Shown here: piece by piece, positions 8,556 to 18,818 of the stretch
Numbering within the stretch: the stretch's first letter is position 1
Layout: each line of letters starts with the position of its first letter
NCBI GenBank assembly: GCA_016183535.1
Contig: JACPEK010000006.1
Span: 38,015-102,014 of the forward strand
Reading direction: 5' to 3'
Source of the DNA: Candidatus Brennerbacteria bacterium
Lineage (GTDB): Bacteria; Patescibacteriota; Minisyncoccia; UBA6257; GWB1-50-10
DNA length: 64,000 nucleotides
Translations under genes and position numbers: made by a program
Notes under the pieces: model-generated
The model's database searches: none
What the model was told of the DNA's origin: nothing
The model's input: only the letters and a program-made list of their open reading frames with translations

Positions 8556-9254
8556 TTAAGGAAAATTAGTTACCACGAGCACCTCCCGAAGATCGGATTC
8601 CCGATATGTAAGTTCGAGGGGTGCCGTGCGCCACGGATCGTCCGTTTCGATCCCTTCGTCGCCCCCCCGCACGCCCATGAAAAGACCGTACGGAAACGAA
8701 GCATCCGCATTCACGACCCGTTCGGATTCAAAAAACGTTCCCTCGTTCGGAATAAGCGTGAGCTGTGGCGCCGAGCCTCCCTCGAGCAAAGCTTCCGCGC
8801 CGCTCTTCTCAAAACGCACCGTCGAGCGCCACGCGGGATTGAAAATGGTTCTTACCTCGCTCCTTGCGGGATCCACGCGAACCACCACCCCAAGCAAAGC
8901 GCCAGGCGCCGCGAGCACCGGAAGGCCTTCCCGGAGACCTTGATCGCTCCCCGCCGCAATCGTGAGGAGTCCCTCCGCGCCGTAGGGATAGCGCGAATAG
9001 ACCGATATTTTTTTCAGATCGGCGGAAAAAGGCGGGATGCCGGCTTCAAGGAGCGCGGCCCGTTCCGCGCGAAGCGCCGCGAGTTCGGTGCGAATCCGCG
9101 AGAGTTCCTCATAAGAAAACGAACGGTCGGCAAAACTTTTTACGAACGCGCGAAACGCGCCAACCGCGCGATATGCGGGATACTGAACCAACACCAGCGC
9201 GGCGATGAGCGCGAGCGCGGCGACAATGCTGATAGCGGCTTTAACGGAACGCAT
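8556..9254 (-). CDS. mreC: Rod shape-determining protein MreC
   Basis: N-terminal TM and coiled coil, AGSDQGLREGLPV, FPYGLFMG; follows mreB. Confidence 0.85.
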   Translation of the reverse strand: MRSVKAAISIVAALALIAALVLVQYPAYRAVGAFRAFVKSFADRSFSYEELSRIRTELAALRAERAALLEAGIPPFSADLKKISVYSRYPYGAEGLLTIAAGSDQGLREGLPVLAAPGALLGVVVRVDPARSEVRTIFNPAWRSTVRFEKSGAEALLEGGSAPQLTLIPNEGTFFESERVVNADASFPYGLFMGVRGGDEGIETDDPWRTAPLELTYRESDLREVLVVTNFP

Positions 9255-9277
9255 CCCAGATATGAAACTTCACACGC

Positions 9278-10309
9278 TCAATCCTTGACTTTCGGCCCGG
9301 GGAAATTATTAAGAAGGTGAGCGTACGCCGGAATATTCTCCGCCACGATCCCCACCCCGCGCACCACGCAAGTGAGCGGATCTTCGACAAGGAGCGCCCG
9401 CACGCCGATTTCTTTCATTAAAAGATCCGCAATGCCGCGGAGGAGCGCGGTGCCTCCGCAGAGATACATCCCGTTCTTGTAGATGTCTCCGGCGAGCTCG
9501 GGCGGCGCCGTTTCAATCATGTCTTTCAGCGCATCTACGATCGCTCTCATGGGCCTTGCAAGCCACAGACGCACCTGGGAATCTTTCACCGACGTTTCGC
9601 GCGGAAGGCCGCTTGCTATGTCGCGCCCGCGCACCACCACCTCGAGTCGTTCACCGGTCGCCATCACGGATCCGACCGCAAGTTTGATTTCCTCGGCGGT
9701 CGGCTCGCCGATCGCAAGTTTGAATTCATCACGCATCCCCCGCACGATTTCCGCATTCAAATAGTCTCCGCCGATCTTGAGGCGCCGCGACACCACGATG
9801 CCGGAGAGGGAGAGGATGGCGGCATCGGTCGTCCCCGCCCCCATGTCAATAATGAGAAACGCCGTCGGCTCGTCGATGGCGAGGCGGATTCCGAACGCCG
9901 CGGCGAGTGGCTGTTCCACGAGATGTACCGGCGAGGCGCCCGATTCCCGGAGAAGATCCTCCACTGATTTGCGTTCCACCTCGGTCAAACTCGTCGGCAC
10001 CGACACCACCGCCTCGGTCGTCCACGACCACGGAAGCTTCTCGCGCTTCAGGAAGCGCTCGAGCATCTCACGCGCCATGTCGAAGTCGGCGATGATGCCG
10101 TGGGTAATGGGGCGAAGTGCGGTAATGTGCGCGGGCGTACGGGCGAGCATTTTCTTCGCTTCGCTTCCCACCGCCACCACGCGGTTCGTGCGGTTGTTAA
10201 ACGCCACGATCGAAGGTTCATTCACCACAAGTCCCACGCCTTTGAGGTATACCCTCGTGAGGTCGGTCCCCAGATCGATGCCGAGCGCTTTTTTTAAATG
10301 GAATGTCAT
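9278..10309 (-). CDS. mreB: Rod shape-determining protein MreB
   Basis: GIDLGT, NEPS, DMGAGTT, GGTALL; ATG 10309 overlaps the proS stop. Confidence 0.95.
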   Translation of the reverse strand: MTFHLKKALGIDLGTDLTRVYLKGVGLVVNEPSIVAFNNRTNRVVAVGSEAKKMLARTPAHITALRPITHGIIADFDMAREMLERFLKREKLPWSWTTEAVVSVPTSLTEVERKSVEDLLRESGASPVHLVEQPLAAAFGIRLAIDEPTAFLIIDMGAGTTDAAILSLSGIVVSRRLKIGGDYLNAEIVRGMRDEFKLAIGEPTAEEIKLAVGSVMATGERLEVVVRGRDIASGLPRETSVKDSQVRLWLARPMRAIVDALKDMIETAPPELAGDIYKNGMYLCGGTALLRGIADLLMKEIGVRALLVEDPLTCVVRGVGIVAENIPAYAHLLNNFPGPKVKD

Positions 10310-11565
10310 ACGGCGGTGGCTTGTTTGAGGAAAGCGGAGAGCTCCGAGATTTTTACGAGTGCGGCAAGGGCGGCGTCTCTCCGTTTTATTTCCACGGCGC
10401 CGGACGCGCGCGTCCGGTCGCTCGCGACGATTCGCCACGGAATGCCAAGAAGATCGGCGTCGGCAAATTTCTCTCCCGCGGAAACCCCCGCGCGATCGTC
10501 ATAGAGCGTCTCGACGCCTCTCTCGGTAAGTTCCCGATAGACATCGTCCGCGAACACGCGGACGGATTCGTCGCCGGCCTCGACGAGGAGAAGATGCGCG
10601 GAAAACGGCGCCACCGCATCCGGCCACACGAGCCCCCGCTCGTCATGGTGGATCTCGGCGATCGTGCCGATGAGACGCTCCACGCCGATGCCGTAGGAAG
10701 CCATAATAACGGGGTGCGACGCCCCCGTCGGATCCTTGAATACAAGACGGGCGGGTTCCGAGAACCGCGTCCCAAGCTTGAAAATATTGCCGACCTCGAT
10801 CGCCGCTATTCCCTCGAGCGCTCCCGTGCCGCACTTCGGGCACAGATTTCCTTGTTTTTCTTCGGCGATTTCCGCGTTCCGGGCGAACCCGCACCGTCGG
10901 CAAAGCAGGACGAAATCTTCGCCCGCGTCCGCCTCCACCATAAACTCGTGCGAATACTTCGAAAAATCACCCCCCGACGCTTCCGTCACGAGTGCCGTGA
11001 GTCCCGCGCGCTTGAAAATCGAGAGATAAGAATTCTTCACGCGCTCGTAGAATTCTTCAAGGGAAGCAGTGTCGGCATGAAAGCTGTAGAGATCTTTCAT
11101 GGTAAATTCGCGTCCGCGCAAAAGCCCCGATTTGGGACGTTCCTCGTCCCGGAACTTCGTTTGTATCTGATAAACGGCTTTCGGAAGATCCTGATAAGAA
11201 CCGATGACGAATCTTCCGATCTCCGCGACGACCTCCTCGTGCGTGGGTCCGAGTCCCACGTCGCGGCCGCCGTGATCCTTGAATTGATACATCACTTTGG
11301 AGAGCACGTCCCACCGTCCCGTCGCGTCCCACACCGCGCGCGGATGGAGCGCCGGCATGAGCATTTCGGCGCCAAGCTTGTCCATCTCTTCGCGAATGAT
11401 TGCCATCGCTTTCTCGCGCACACGGAACCCCAAGGGAAGCATGGTGTAAACTCCCGCCATGAGCTTATGGATAAAATTTGCGCGGAGAAGCAGTTTTGCA
11501 TTCACCGCCGTTTCATCCTTCGGCGCTTCGCGTTGGGTCTTTAAAAAAAGGGTTGATTGGCGCAT
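10306..11565 (-). CDS. proS: Proline--tRNA ligase (short form, no editing domain)
   Basis: LGPTHEE, KFRDEERP, REFTMKDLYSF, YGIGVER. Confidence 0.97.
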   Translation of the reverse strand: MRQSTLFLKTQREAPKDETAVNAKLLLRANFIHKLMAGVYTMLPLGFRVREKAMAIIREEMDKLGAEMLMPALHPRAVWDATGRWDVLSKVMYQFKDHGGRDVGLGPTHEEVVAEIGRFVIGSYQDLPKAVYQIQTKFRDEERPKSGLLRGREFTMKDLYSFHADTASLEEFYERVKNSYLSIFKRAGLTALVTEASGGDFSKYSHEFMVEADAGEDFVLLCRRCGFARNAEIAEEKQGNLCPKCGTGALEGIAAIEVGNIFKLGTRFSEPARLVFKDPTGASHPVIMASYGIGVERLIGTIAEIHHDERGLVWPDAVAPFSAHLLLVEAGDESVRVFADDVYRELTERGVETLYDDRAGVSAGEKFADADLLGIPWRIVASDRTRASGAVEIKRRDAALAALVKISELSAFLKQATAV

Positions 11566-11767
11566 GTGCCGGTTACGTACGAGTTTTCGAGTCTAAGGAC
11601 GAGGAAAACTCGTCTACGGAAACGAGCACTCCGCCTTCTATACCTGCCATTCTATCACCGACCATAAAACGGGGTAATGCTAAAAACATAATCAATGGTA
11701 GTATCCCATGCTTAGAGGGCGGGGTAAAGGTTTTGTAGCTCCTCCGTTCCTTCGGAGACAAAGCCCT

Positions 11768-12850
11768 TTACGGGATGAGGCGGCTGATATCGCGCACCGT
11801 AACCACCACCATAAGCAGGAGGAGCAACGCAAAACCGACGGCGTGCGTGGCGCGTTCCGCCCGCGGGGAAACAGGACTCCCTTTGAGCGCTTCGAGCGCG
11901 AGGAAAAAGAGCCGCCCTCCGTCGAGCGCGGGAATGGGGAGAATATTCAGAACCGCGAGTTGGAGCGAGATCAAAGCCATAAGATTCAAAAAAGGCGCCG
12001 CGCCGAATGCGACGCTTCCCGCCGCCACCGCCACAACCCCCACGGGACCCGTAACCGCTTCGAGCGCGCCCTTCCCCAAAACCAGCGCCCCAAAAAATTC
12101 CGCGAGACCGATCGTGATCATCTTGAGAAACACGACGGTCGCCTGCGCCCCTTTCGCAAAACTTTCAAGAAACGCGGTGCGAGGGGTGCCGGAATCGAAA
12201 AGCGCGATACCTAAGGCGCCTTCGCCGTCGGGAGGCGCCGCGCGCCCGGTTGCCTCGAAAACGAGTGTTTCCCCATCGCGCAAAATCGTGAGCACAACCG
12301 GCGTCTCCGCCACGGCGGCCTTTTCCACAAGAGATATAAACGCCTCGATCGAAATCGGCTCTTTGAGGAGCGGCGTCTCCGCGACACCGTCCCCCAAAAT
12401 GGTTCTTGCTTCAAAAATAATATCCCCCGCCGCAAGCCCCGCTTTTTCGGCCGGAGATCCCGCCACCACCTCCGATATACCAAGGTGCGAGGGGGCGCCG
12501 ATCATAAACACCGCGGAAAGGAGAAGCCACCCTGCCAAGACGTTCATGAGAACTCCGCCCGCGATTCCGAGCGCGCGCGCCGCGATCGTTTTCGAAGCGA
12601 ACGCGCGCGCCGCGTCGGGATGATCCGCGGCCGGCGGCGCGTCTTCGCCGAAAATCCGCACGAACCCTCCAAATGGGAGGAGGTTCAGGCTGTAGCGGGT
12701 TTCGCCTTTGACGAACGAAAACACCCGCGGAGGAAATCCGAATCCGAACTCATCCACGCGGATCCCAAAAAATTTTGCCGCGGCGAAATGGCCGAGCTCA
12801 TGGATCAACACAAGGAGAGAGAGAGCGATGATAACAAGTAAAATCGTCAT
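11768..12850 (-). CDS. rseP: RIP metalloprotease RseP (M50, PDZ)
   Basis: HELGH, NILPIPALDGG. Confidence 0.93.
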   Translation of the reverse strand: MTILLVIIALSLLVLIHELGHFAAAKFFGIRVDEFGFGFPPRVFSFVKGETRYSLNLLPFGGFVRIFGEDAPPAADHPDAARAFASKTIAARALGIAGGVLMNVLAGWLLLSAVFMIGAPSHLGISEVVAGSPAEKAGLAAGDIIFEARTILGDGVAETPLLKEPISIEAFISLVEKAAVAETPVVLTILRDGETLVFEATGRAAPPDGEGALGIALFDSGTPRTAFLESFAKGAQATVVFLKMITIGLAEFFGALVLGKGALEAVTGPVGVVAVAAGSVAFGAAPFLNLMALISLQLAVLNILPIPALDGGRLFFLALEALKGSPVSPRAERATHAVGFALLLLLMVVVTVRDISRLIP

Positions 12851-12861
12851 GAAAAAATCGC

Positions 12862-13416
12862 TTAGCCGCTGATCTCTTGTATTTTTGCTTTCACCGCTTT
12901 CTCCACGTTTTCATTCCACTCGTCGGTGATTTTCTGGATATCGTCTTTCAACCGAAACTTCTGGTCCTCCGTGAGCTCGCCGGCATCGAACGCTTTCTGC
13001 GCGCGCTTGTTCGCTTCGTCGCGAAGGTGCCGCATTTTGATCCGACGTTCCTCGGCAACCACCCCCGCATGCTTCACGAGTTCGCGACGACGCTCGTCCG
13101 AAAGCTCCGGAAGGAAAATACGGACGATATTCGCCTCCGCGCGCGCGGCAAGACCGAGCGGAGAACTCTCAATCGCTTTCGCGATCGCCGGCACCGCGCT
13201 TACATCCCACACCTCTATCCGTATCTCGCGCGGCGGCACCACGCCGACCGACCCGAGCTGGCGGACCGGAAAAACACCGCCGTAGTGGCTCACGGTAATG
13301 TTTTCCACAAGTCCGGCGTGCGGACGGTTCGTGCGAATAGCTCCTATCTCCGTCTTCATTTCTTCGAGGAGCTTCGCGAGATCCGCCTTGAACTCGTTCA
13401 GTAATTCCATAGGCAT
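12862..13416 (-). CDS. frr: Ribosome recycling factor
   Basis: IRTNR, PELSDERRRELVK, DDIQKITD. Confidence 0.95.
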   Translation of the reverse strand: MPMELLNEFKADLAKLLEEMKTEIGAIRTNRPHAGLVENITVSHYGGVFPVRQLGSVGVVPPREIRIEVWDVSAVPAIAKAIESSPLGLAARAEANIVRIFLPELSDERRRELVKHAGVVAEERRIKMRHLRDEANKRAQKAFDAGELTEDQKFRLKDDIQKITDEWNENVEKAVKAKIQEISG

Positions 13417-14303
13417 CAGGATGACATTATATATGAGACATATTTTTCCTGCAGGCGCGGGTTCAAGTTGAAACGGGATGCGGCCTCAAAACGAGAGAGG
13501 AGAGACGATAGCGTCGCCGATTCTCCCCGCACATTCTTTTCCCACCGCGCAAGGATAAGCGACTCTAGTTGCTCCGCAAGGGTCTCCTCGGTTCTTGTTT
13601 TTTCGTCGGGCCTCCGCGCTTTGTTTTTGGCCAAGGCGAGCGCATACCCCAATCTCCCGAACGCGCGCGCGGCGAGAGCGGATGCTTCCCGCGCGGACAC
13701 CTGGTGCATGCTTTCAAGAATATCGGCGAGGACGGCGCGGGAAAGCCGCGGGAAATAAACCTTCACGGTGCGGCTCGCGAGAGGGGCGGTAAGCACGCTC
13801 GGATCGCGCGCAATGAGAATTACGAGAGCGTGCGGCGGAGGGTCCTCGACGATCTTAAGGAGCGCGCTCTGCGCCTCCGCGGTGAGCCATTCGGCGTCGC
13901 GCACCACCACCGTGCGGCGGGGCGAAGCGAACGGCGTCGCGGAGAGAAATGTTCGTACCGCGCGCGCGGCATCGACGCCAATCGACGCACGGCCGGCCGC
14001 ACCATTCTCGCCGGAACGATCTTGCTTCGTCGCGCGCGAACGAGGTTCTTCGGCGTCGCGCGCGATGATGAGAAAGTCGGAAAGCGCCCGCTCATCCCGC
14101 ACGGACCACGCTCCCCCCTCCAGGAAATGTGCGAGGGCACAGGCGAAACGGAACTTACCTACCCCCTCATCGCCAAAAAAACAATACGCATGGCCGAGGA
14201 GGCCGTTCCCCGCGAGCTCCCGAAAGGCGCGAACGTGCGCTTCGTGTCCGAACCATTCGCCGTTGCCGACGGAGGTATGTGTGAGTCGCCGCGCCATAGT
14301 CAT
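13416..14303 (-). CDS. holB: DNA polymerase III delta' subunit
   Basis: HAYCFFGDEGVGK, AQSALLKIVEDPP, SR motif. Confidence 0.88.
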   Translation of the reverse strand: MTMARRLTHTSVGNGEWFGHEAHVRAFRELAGNGLLGHAYCFFGDEGVGKFRFACALAHFLEGGAWSVRDERALSDFLIIARDAEEPRSRATKQDRSGENGAAGRASIGVDAARAVRTFLSATPFASPRRTVVVRDAEWLTAEAQSALLKIVEDPPPHALVILIARDPSVLTAPLASRTVKVYFPRLSRAVLADILESMHQVSAREASALAARAFGRLGYALALAKNKARRPDEKTRTEETLAEQLESLILARWEKNVRGESATLSSLLSRFEAASRFNLNPRLQEKYVSYIMSS

Positions 14304-14318
14304 AAACCGCGCGTCCGG

Positions 14319-15335
14319 CTACCGCCGGACGGGATGGAGCAGGGTGCGTTTATAAACGTCGAGATGGCCGAGAATGGTCGCCGTGCCCTTCGCCACACAG
14401 AGAATGGCATCCTCCGCAACGTACGCCGAGACGCCCAGCGTGCGCTTCAAAAATTCGGGAAGGTCGCGGAGTTGGGAGGACCCTCCGGAGAGGATAATGC
14501 CCTTCTCCATGATGTCGGCCGCGAGCTCGGGAGGAGTCACATTGAATACCGACTGAATGGCGTTCCCGATTTCCATGAGGTGGGGATTCACCGCCTCGGC
14601 GATCTCGTTCGAATTCACCACCAGATCGCGCGGGAGCCCCACGCGGAGATCGCGCCCGCGCACTTTCATCTCGAGCCGGTTGCGATTCGATACCGCCGTG
14701 CCGATGCCGATTTTGATGTTCTCGGCGCTCGTTTCCCCGATCGCAAGTCCGTATTTTTTCCTGATGTAGTCCATAATGGCGAGGTCAAAGCGGTTTCCCG
14801 CGACCCGCAAACTTTCCCACGCCACAATGCCGCCAAGCGAAATGACGGCCACTTCCGTGGTGCCCCCACCGATATTCACAATCATATTGCCCTCCGCGGA
14901 GTGGATGGGGATACCGGCGCCGAGGGACGCGAGGAGCGGCTCCTTCACGAGATATACCTCCTTCGCGCCCGCCTCGCGCGCGGCATTCATCACCGCGCGA
15001 TACTCGGTCGAGGTGATGCCCGCCGGCACCGAGATCACCACCTCGGGACGGATGAGGTTCCACGCCCCGATGCTTTTTGCGATGAAGTACTTGAGCATCG
15101 CGCGCGTCACGTAGTATTCCGCAATCACGCCGTCTTTGAGAGGCCGATAGGTCACAATGTCATCGGGCGTACGCCCCACCATTTCCTTCGCCTCCGCGCC
15201 GACCGCGAGCACTTCATGGCCCGGGTTTCGGAGCGCCACCACCGTCGGTTCGTTGATGACGATGCCTCGGTCGGGGAGAAAGACCAGCGTGTTCGTGGTG
15301 CCGAGGTCGATTCCGATTTTGCGGATAAACATCAT
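14319..15335 (-). CDS. mreB: Second MreB paralog
   Basis: IGIDLGTTNT, NEPTVVA, NIGGGTTE, TPPELAADI. Confidence 0.95.
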   Translation of the reverse strand: MMFIRKIGIDLGTTNTLVFLPDRGIVINEPTVVALRNPGHEVLAVGAEAKEMVGRTPDDIVTYRPLKDGVIAEYYVTRAMLKYFIAKSIGAWNLIRPEVVISVPAGITSTEYRAVMNAAREAGAKEVYLVKEPLLASLGAGIPIHSAEGNMIVNIGGGTTEVAVISLGGIVAWESLRVAGNRFDLAIMDYIRKKYGLAIGETSAENIKIGIGTAVSNRNRLEMKVRGRDLRVGLPRDLVVNSNEIAEAVNPHLMEIGNAIQSVFNVTPPELAADIMEKGIILSGGSSQLRDLPEFLKRTLGVSAYVAEDAILCVAKGTATILGHLDVYKRTLLHPVRR

Positions 15336-15389
15336 TCCTAACCTACCATGTTTTGCGGAAAAACGGAAAGCGCGATAAGGTGGAACGGT

Positions 15390-16724
15390 ATGCATCTCAC
15401 CACGCGACGCATCGTTTTTTACTCGCTCGTCGCTGTATTTTTCCTCGGAGCGGCTTACGCGCTCCTCACGGCGTTCGGCCTCTCGGTAGACCTCAAAGAG
15501 GGCCTCACGCGCACCGGTTCAATTTTCGTCGCGGGCGCGCCGCGTGACGCGACTCTCTTTCTCGACGGCGCGCCGGCGGAAGAAAGTCGCGGCATTATTT
15601 CTGGCGGAACGCTCGTGCGCAATCTTCTTCCGGGGAACTACGAGGTACGCTTCGAGCGCGAGGGCCGCGCGCCGTGGCGCGCGGAACTTCCGGTCATTTC
15701 CGGTCTCGTCACGCGCGCGACGGATCTTTTTCTCTGGCCGCTTGAAGCGAGCGCTTCACCCGTCGTCGCGGACGTCGAGTTGTTCTCGCTTTCCGCCGGC
15801 GCGCCCCTTGTCAAAAATTCCTCCGGCACGCTCATGCTCGGCGACCGCGCGATTCCGGGAAACGAGGTGGTGTATGCCACGAATGACTCGGGCCTGACGC
15901 TCACGCGGAGCGGCAACACAATCTATCTCACGGAGACCGCGCGGGCGCGGAGCGTCACAAACGTAACCGCGCTCTTTCAGTCCCTCAAAGAGCGCGAACT
16001 CGGACTCCCGGGCGCGGTACCCATCGTCAACGCGCGGCCCCATCCCTTCAGTCAGGGAAAACTTATTATTACAACGAAGACCTCGCTCTACCTCCTCGAT
16101 TTGCGGCGCATCTCGCTCGAGCGCCTTGTGACGGTGAGTGCAATCGCCGCGAGCGCATTCACTGGCGATGAGGTATTCCTCGCCGGAGCCGACGGCACGC
16201 TTACCGCGGTGGATCTCGTGTTCAAAACCACGCGCACCGCTCCCTTTACGTCAAGCGCCGTCGCGGCGCTCGCAATCGGCGCCGGCGGCGACATGGTGAT
16301 ATGGAAGACGCCCGAAGGAACGCTTTTTTCTTACGACCGCGTTACGGGCGACACTGTATCGGTCGCCGACAACGCGGGCGAGTTTTCCGTGAGTCCGGAC
16401 GGACTCCGCCTTGCGGCCGTGGAAAGAAACGCCGTCGCGATCATCGCGCTCGCGCCATACACCGCCGACGCCTTCGTCGCGCGAGGATATCGAACTCCGG
16501 TATGGGAAGGTTCATCGACGCCAAAAAAAATATCCTGGAACCCGACGCTCCCCCGCTACCTCTTTTTCCTCGCGGACAACCGGCTCATCGTAGCCGAGAT
16601 CGGCTTCTACGGCGAACGGAACTCCTACGCGCTCGCGGAAAACGTTATGGATTTCGCGCTCGCGGGCTACACTGCGTACGTTCTCAAAACCGACGGCGCG
16701 CTTATAACGCTTTCGCTCGAATAA
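15390..16724 (+). CDS. Membrane-anchored PEGA-domain / beta-propeller protein
   Basis: N-terminal TM, TGSIFV..P.DA..FLDG, NLLPGNYEV.FEREG..PW, VSPDG. Confidence 0.7.
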   Translation: MHLTTRRIVFYSLVAVFFLGAAYALLTAFGLSVDLKEGLTRTGSIFVAGAPRDATLFLDGAPAEESRGIISGGTLVRNLLPGNYEVRFEREGRAPWRAELPVISGLVTRATDLFLWPLEASASPVVADVELFSLSAGAPLVKNSSGTLMLGDRAIPGNEVVYATNDSGLTLTRSGNTIYLTETARARSVTNVTALFQSLKERELGLPGAVPIVNARPHPFSQGKLIITTKTSLYLLDLRRISLERLVTVSAIAASAFTGDEVFLAGADGTLTAVDLVFKTTRTAPFTSSAVAALAIGAGGDMVIWKTPEGTLFSYDRVTGDTVSVADNAGEFSVSPDGLRLAAVERNAVAIIALAPYTADAFVARGYRTPVWEGSSTPKKISWNPTLPRYLFFLADNRLIVAEIGFYGERNSYALAENVMDFALAGYTAYVLKTDGALITLSLE

Positions 16725-16753
16725 GAAAAATTCCCCTCGCGGGGAATTTTTCT
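16724..16753. terminator. Bidirectional terminator
   Basis: agaaaaattcccc-tcgc-ggggaatttttct between convergent genes. Confidence 0.8.
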
Positions 16754-16759
16754 ATCTCG

Positions 16760-17185
16760 TCATCTTTTTCTCCACTGTTGCGGTCTTCGCGCTTTTCGCA
16801 AACCTGGCTTTTTGCGCTCCACCATGCGGGGATCGCGTTTTAGAAACCCGAGAGTTTTCAAACGCGGGCGATATGCGGGATCATGCGCCACGAGCGCGCG
16901 CGCGATCGCAAGACGCACCGCCTCCGCCTGCGCCCGCACGCCACCGCCCGAGACGCGCACCGAAACCGCGGCGTCCTTCAGAGAAGCCGCCGCGAAAGGA
17001 GCGAGCGGCGCGTCTTGAAGCTTCTTTACGGAAAAATATTTCGCAAGCTCTCTTCCGTTCACGGTTATGTGAATTCCCTTTCCGCCCACCGTGACGCGCG
17101 CCCGCGCGGCCGCCGTTTTCCTCCTCCCCACCGTCGCGAGATACCGTTCAATCTTCTTCGTCTCTTTTGTTTTTATTTCTTTCAT
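16760..17185 (-). CDS. rpsI: 30S ribosomal protein S9
   Basis: GRRKTA, ERKKPGLRKARR. Confidence 0.98.
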   Translation of the reverse strand: MKEIKTKETKKIERYLATVGRRKTAAARARVTVGGKGIHITVNGRELAKYFSVKKLQDAPLAPFAAASLKDAAVSVRVSGGGVRAQAEAVRLAIARALVAHDPAYRPRLKTLGFLKRDPRMVERKKPGLRKARRPQQWRKR

Positions 17186-17538
17186 TGAATTGCCAATCGT
17201 TTCATGCGGCGGGCAAGCAGTTTATTCTTGGGCAACATGAGGCGCACCGCGTGCCGGAACACCCACGAAGGATCCTTCTCGAACGCATCTTCCAAAGAGC
17301 GCGTCTTGAGGTGTCCAAGTGGGCCGGTATGCCGATGGTAACGCTTCCCTTTGAGTTTGCGCTCCGAGAGCGCGAGTCCCCTTATGTTCGTCACCACGAT
17401 ACGATCCGTTCCTTCGAGGCGGGGTTCGTATGAAGCGGAATGCTTGCCCTGCAAGATACCCGCGACCTGCGAGGCGAGCCGCCCCAGCTTTTTCCCTTTT
17501 GCATCAATAGTGTATTCCATATCCGATACCTTATACAA
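17182..17538 (-). CDS. rplM: 50S ribosomal protein L13
   Basis: IDAKGKKLGRLAS, AVRLMLPKNKL. Confidence 0.97.
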   Translation of the reverse strand: MYKVSDMEYTIDAKGKKLGRLASQVAGILQGKHSASYEPRLEGTDRIVVTNIRGLALSERKLKGKRYHRHTGPLGHLKTRSLEDAFEKDPSWVFRHAVRLMLPKNKLLARRMKRLAIQ

Positions 17539-17544
17539 AATACT

Positions 17545-17895
17545 TTATACGAATTCTATGGTCGCCATCTTCGCGCCGTCGCTCTTCCGCACGCGCGTTT
17601 TTTTCGTCACGCGGGTATAGCCCCCTTTGCGGGAGGCGTACCGGGGCGCGAGTTCGTGATATGCCTTATAAGCCGCCGCTTTCGGGAGTTTTTCCATGAG
17701 GCGGCGGAGTGCGGCGACGTTCTGGCGTTTACCGTGCGTGACCATGCGTTCCGCGATGGCGCGAAGTTCCTTCGCCCGCGCTTCAGTCGTCGTAATGCGC
17801 TCGCGCGCGATAAGCTGTCCGGCGAGGTTCCGGAGAAACGCTTTTCGCGGTCCACGCTCGCGGCCGAATTTTCTCCCCTTACTCCGATGTCTCAC
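17545..17895 (-). CDS. rplQ: 50S ribosomal protein L17
   Basis: RHRSKGRKFGR, ITTTEARAKE, GGYTRV; probable GTG start. Confidence 0.95.
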   Translation of the reverse strand: MRHRSKGRKFGRERGPRKAFLRNLAGQLIARERITTTEARAKELRAIAERMVTHGKRQNVAALRRLMEKLPKAAAYKAYHELAPRYASRKGGYTRVTKKTRVRKSDGAKMATIEFV

Positions 17896-18643
17896 TCTTC
17901 CTTTTTTTCTTTTTCGACTCACCTTCAGTCGGCGCTTCCGCGAGAGGTTTTACCTCCACTGCCGCAATCTTTTCAAAATGATCCTTGAGGGCGTTCCCCG
18001 CCTTATGGAGCGCCTCGGAGGGCGAGAGGGAACCGTCCGTTTCCACCTCGAGTACCAGGCGGTTGAAATCGGTGCGATCGCCGACCCGCATGTTTTCCAC
18101 CGTCGCCGCCACGCGCACGACGGGAGAAAAAATTGCGTCAAGCACGATAGTCCCCACCGAGAGTCGCTCGAGACGGCGCGCCTCGGCGGGCACATAGCCC
18201 AATCCTTTTTCCACGGTGAGTTCCATATCGAGCTCGGAAGTTTTTTTCGTGAGGGTGGCAAGATGAAGCGAAGGATTCACCACCTTCGCGAAAGCCGTGG
18301 TTTCGATGTCGGCGGCCGTCACCTCCCGATCCCCCTTCACTTTCAACGTAAGCACTTGCGGCTCGTCCGCGAAAAAATGAAAACGCACCTTCTTAAGGTT
18401 CAAGGTAAACTCCACCACGTCTTCAAGCATTCCCGGCACCGTCGAGAACTCGTGATCAACTCCTTTTATTTTTACCTGCGTGATCGCGGCGCCCGGCAGG
18501 GAGGAAAGGAGCGCGCGGCGAAGTGAGGTTCCCACCGTGTGGCCGTACCCCGTGTAGAGACCTTCGACGTGAAATACGCCACTATTCCCCTCTTCCGAAA
18601 GGGTTTTCACCGACATAGTTTCACTTAAGTGAGAATATTTCAT
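17879..18643 (-). CDS. rpoA: RNA polymerase alpha subunit (no alpha-CTD)
   Basis: GYGHTVGTSLRRALLSSLPGAAIT, LDAIFSPV; only 254 aa. Confidence 0.96.
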   Translation of the reverse strand: MKYSHLSETMSVKTLSEEGNSGVFHVEGLYTGYGHTVGTSLRRALLSSLPGAAITQVKIKGVDHEFSTVPGMLEDVVEFTLNLKKVRFHFFADEPQVLTLKVKGDREVTAADIETTAFAKVVNPSLHLATLTKKTSELDMELTVEKGLGYVPAEARRLERLSVGTIVLDAIFSPVVRVAATVENMRVGDRTDFNRLVLEVETDGSLSPSEALHKAGNALKDHFEKIAAVEVKPLAEAPTEGESKKKKRKSETSE

Positions 18644-18818
18644 TCCGTTTAGAGACAGGCCGCCTCAAGGCAACCATGGTGATACCACGACGCTTTTGTG
18701 CCAGATCCGGATATCGTATTGTCGATTCGGTAAGTTATGAACATGAAATGGGGTTGTCTCTCGCGGGATTTATATGAAAGACGCCTTATGCTAACAAAAA
18801 TAAGATCGAAAATCAATG

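Noticed and set aside
13569-15341. 590-aa plus-strand ORF and similar long ORFs (10303, 24286, 25863, 27717)
   Set aside because: Antisense to clear housekeeping genes; expected from high-GC codon bias
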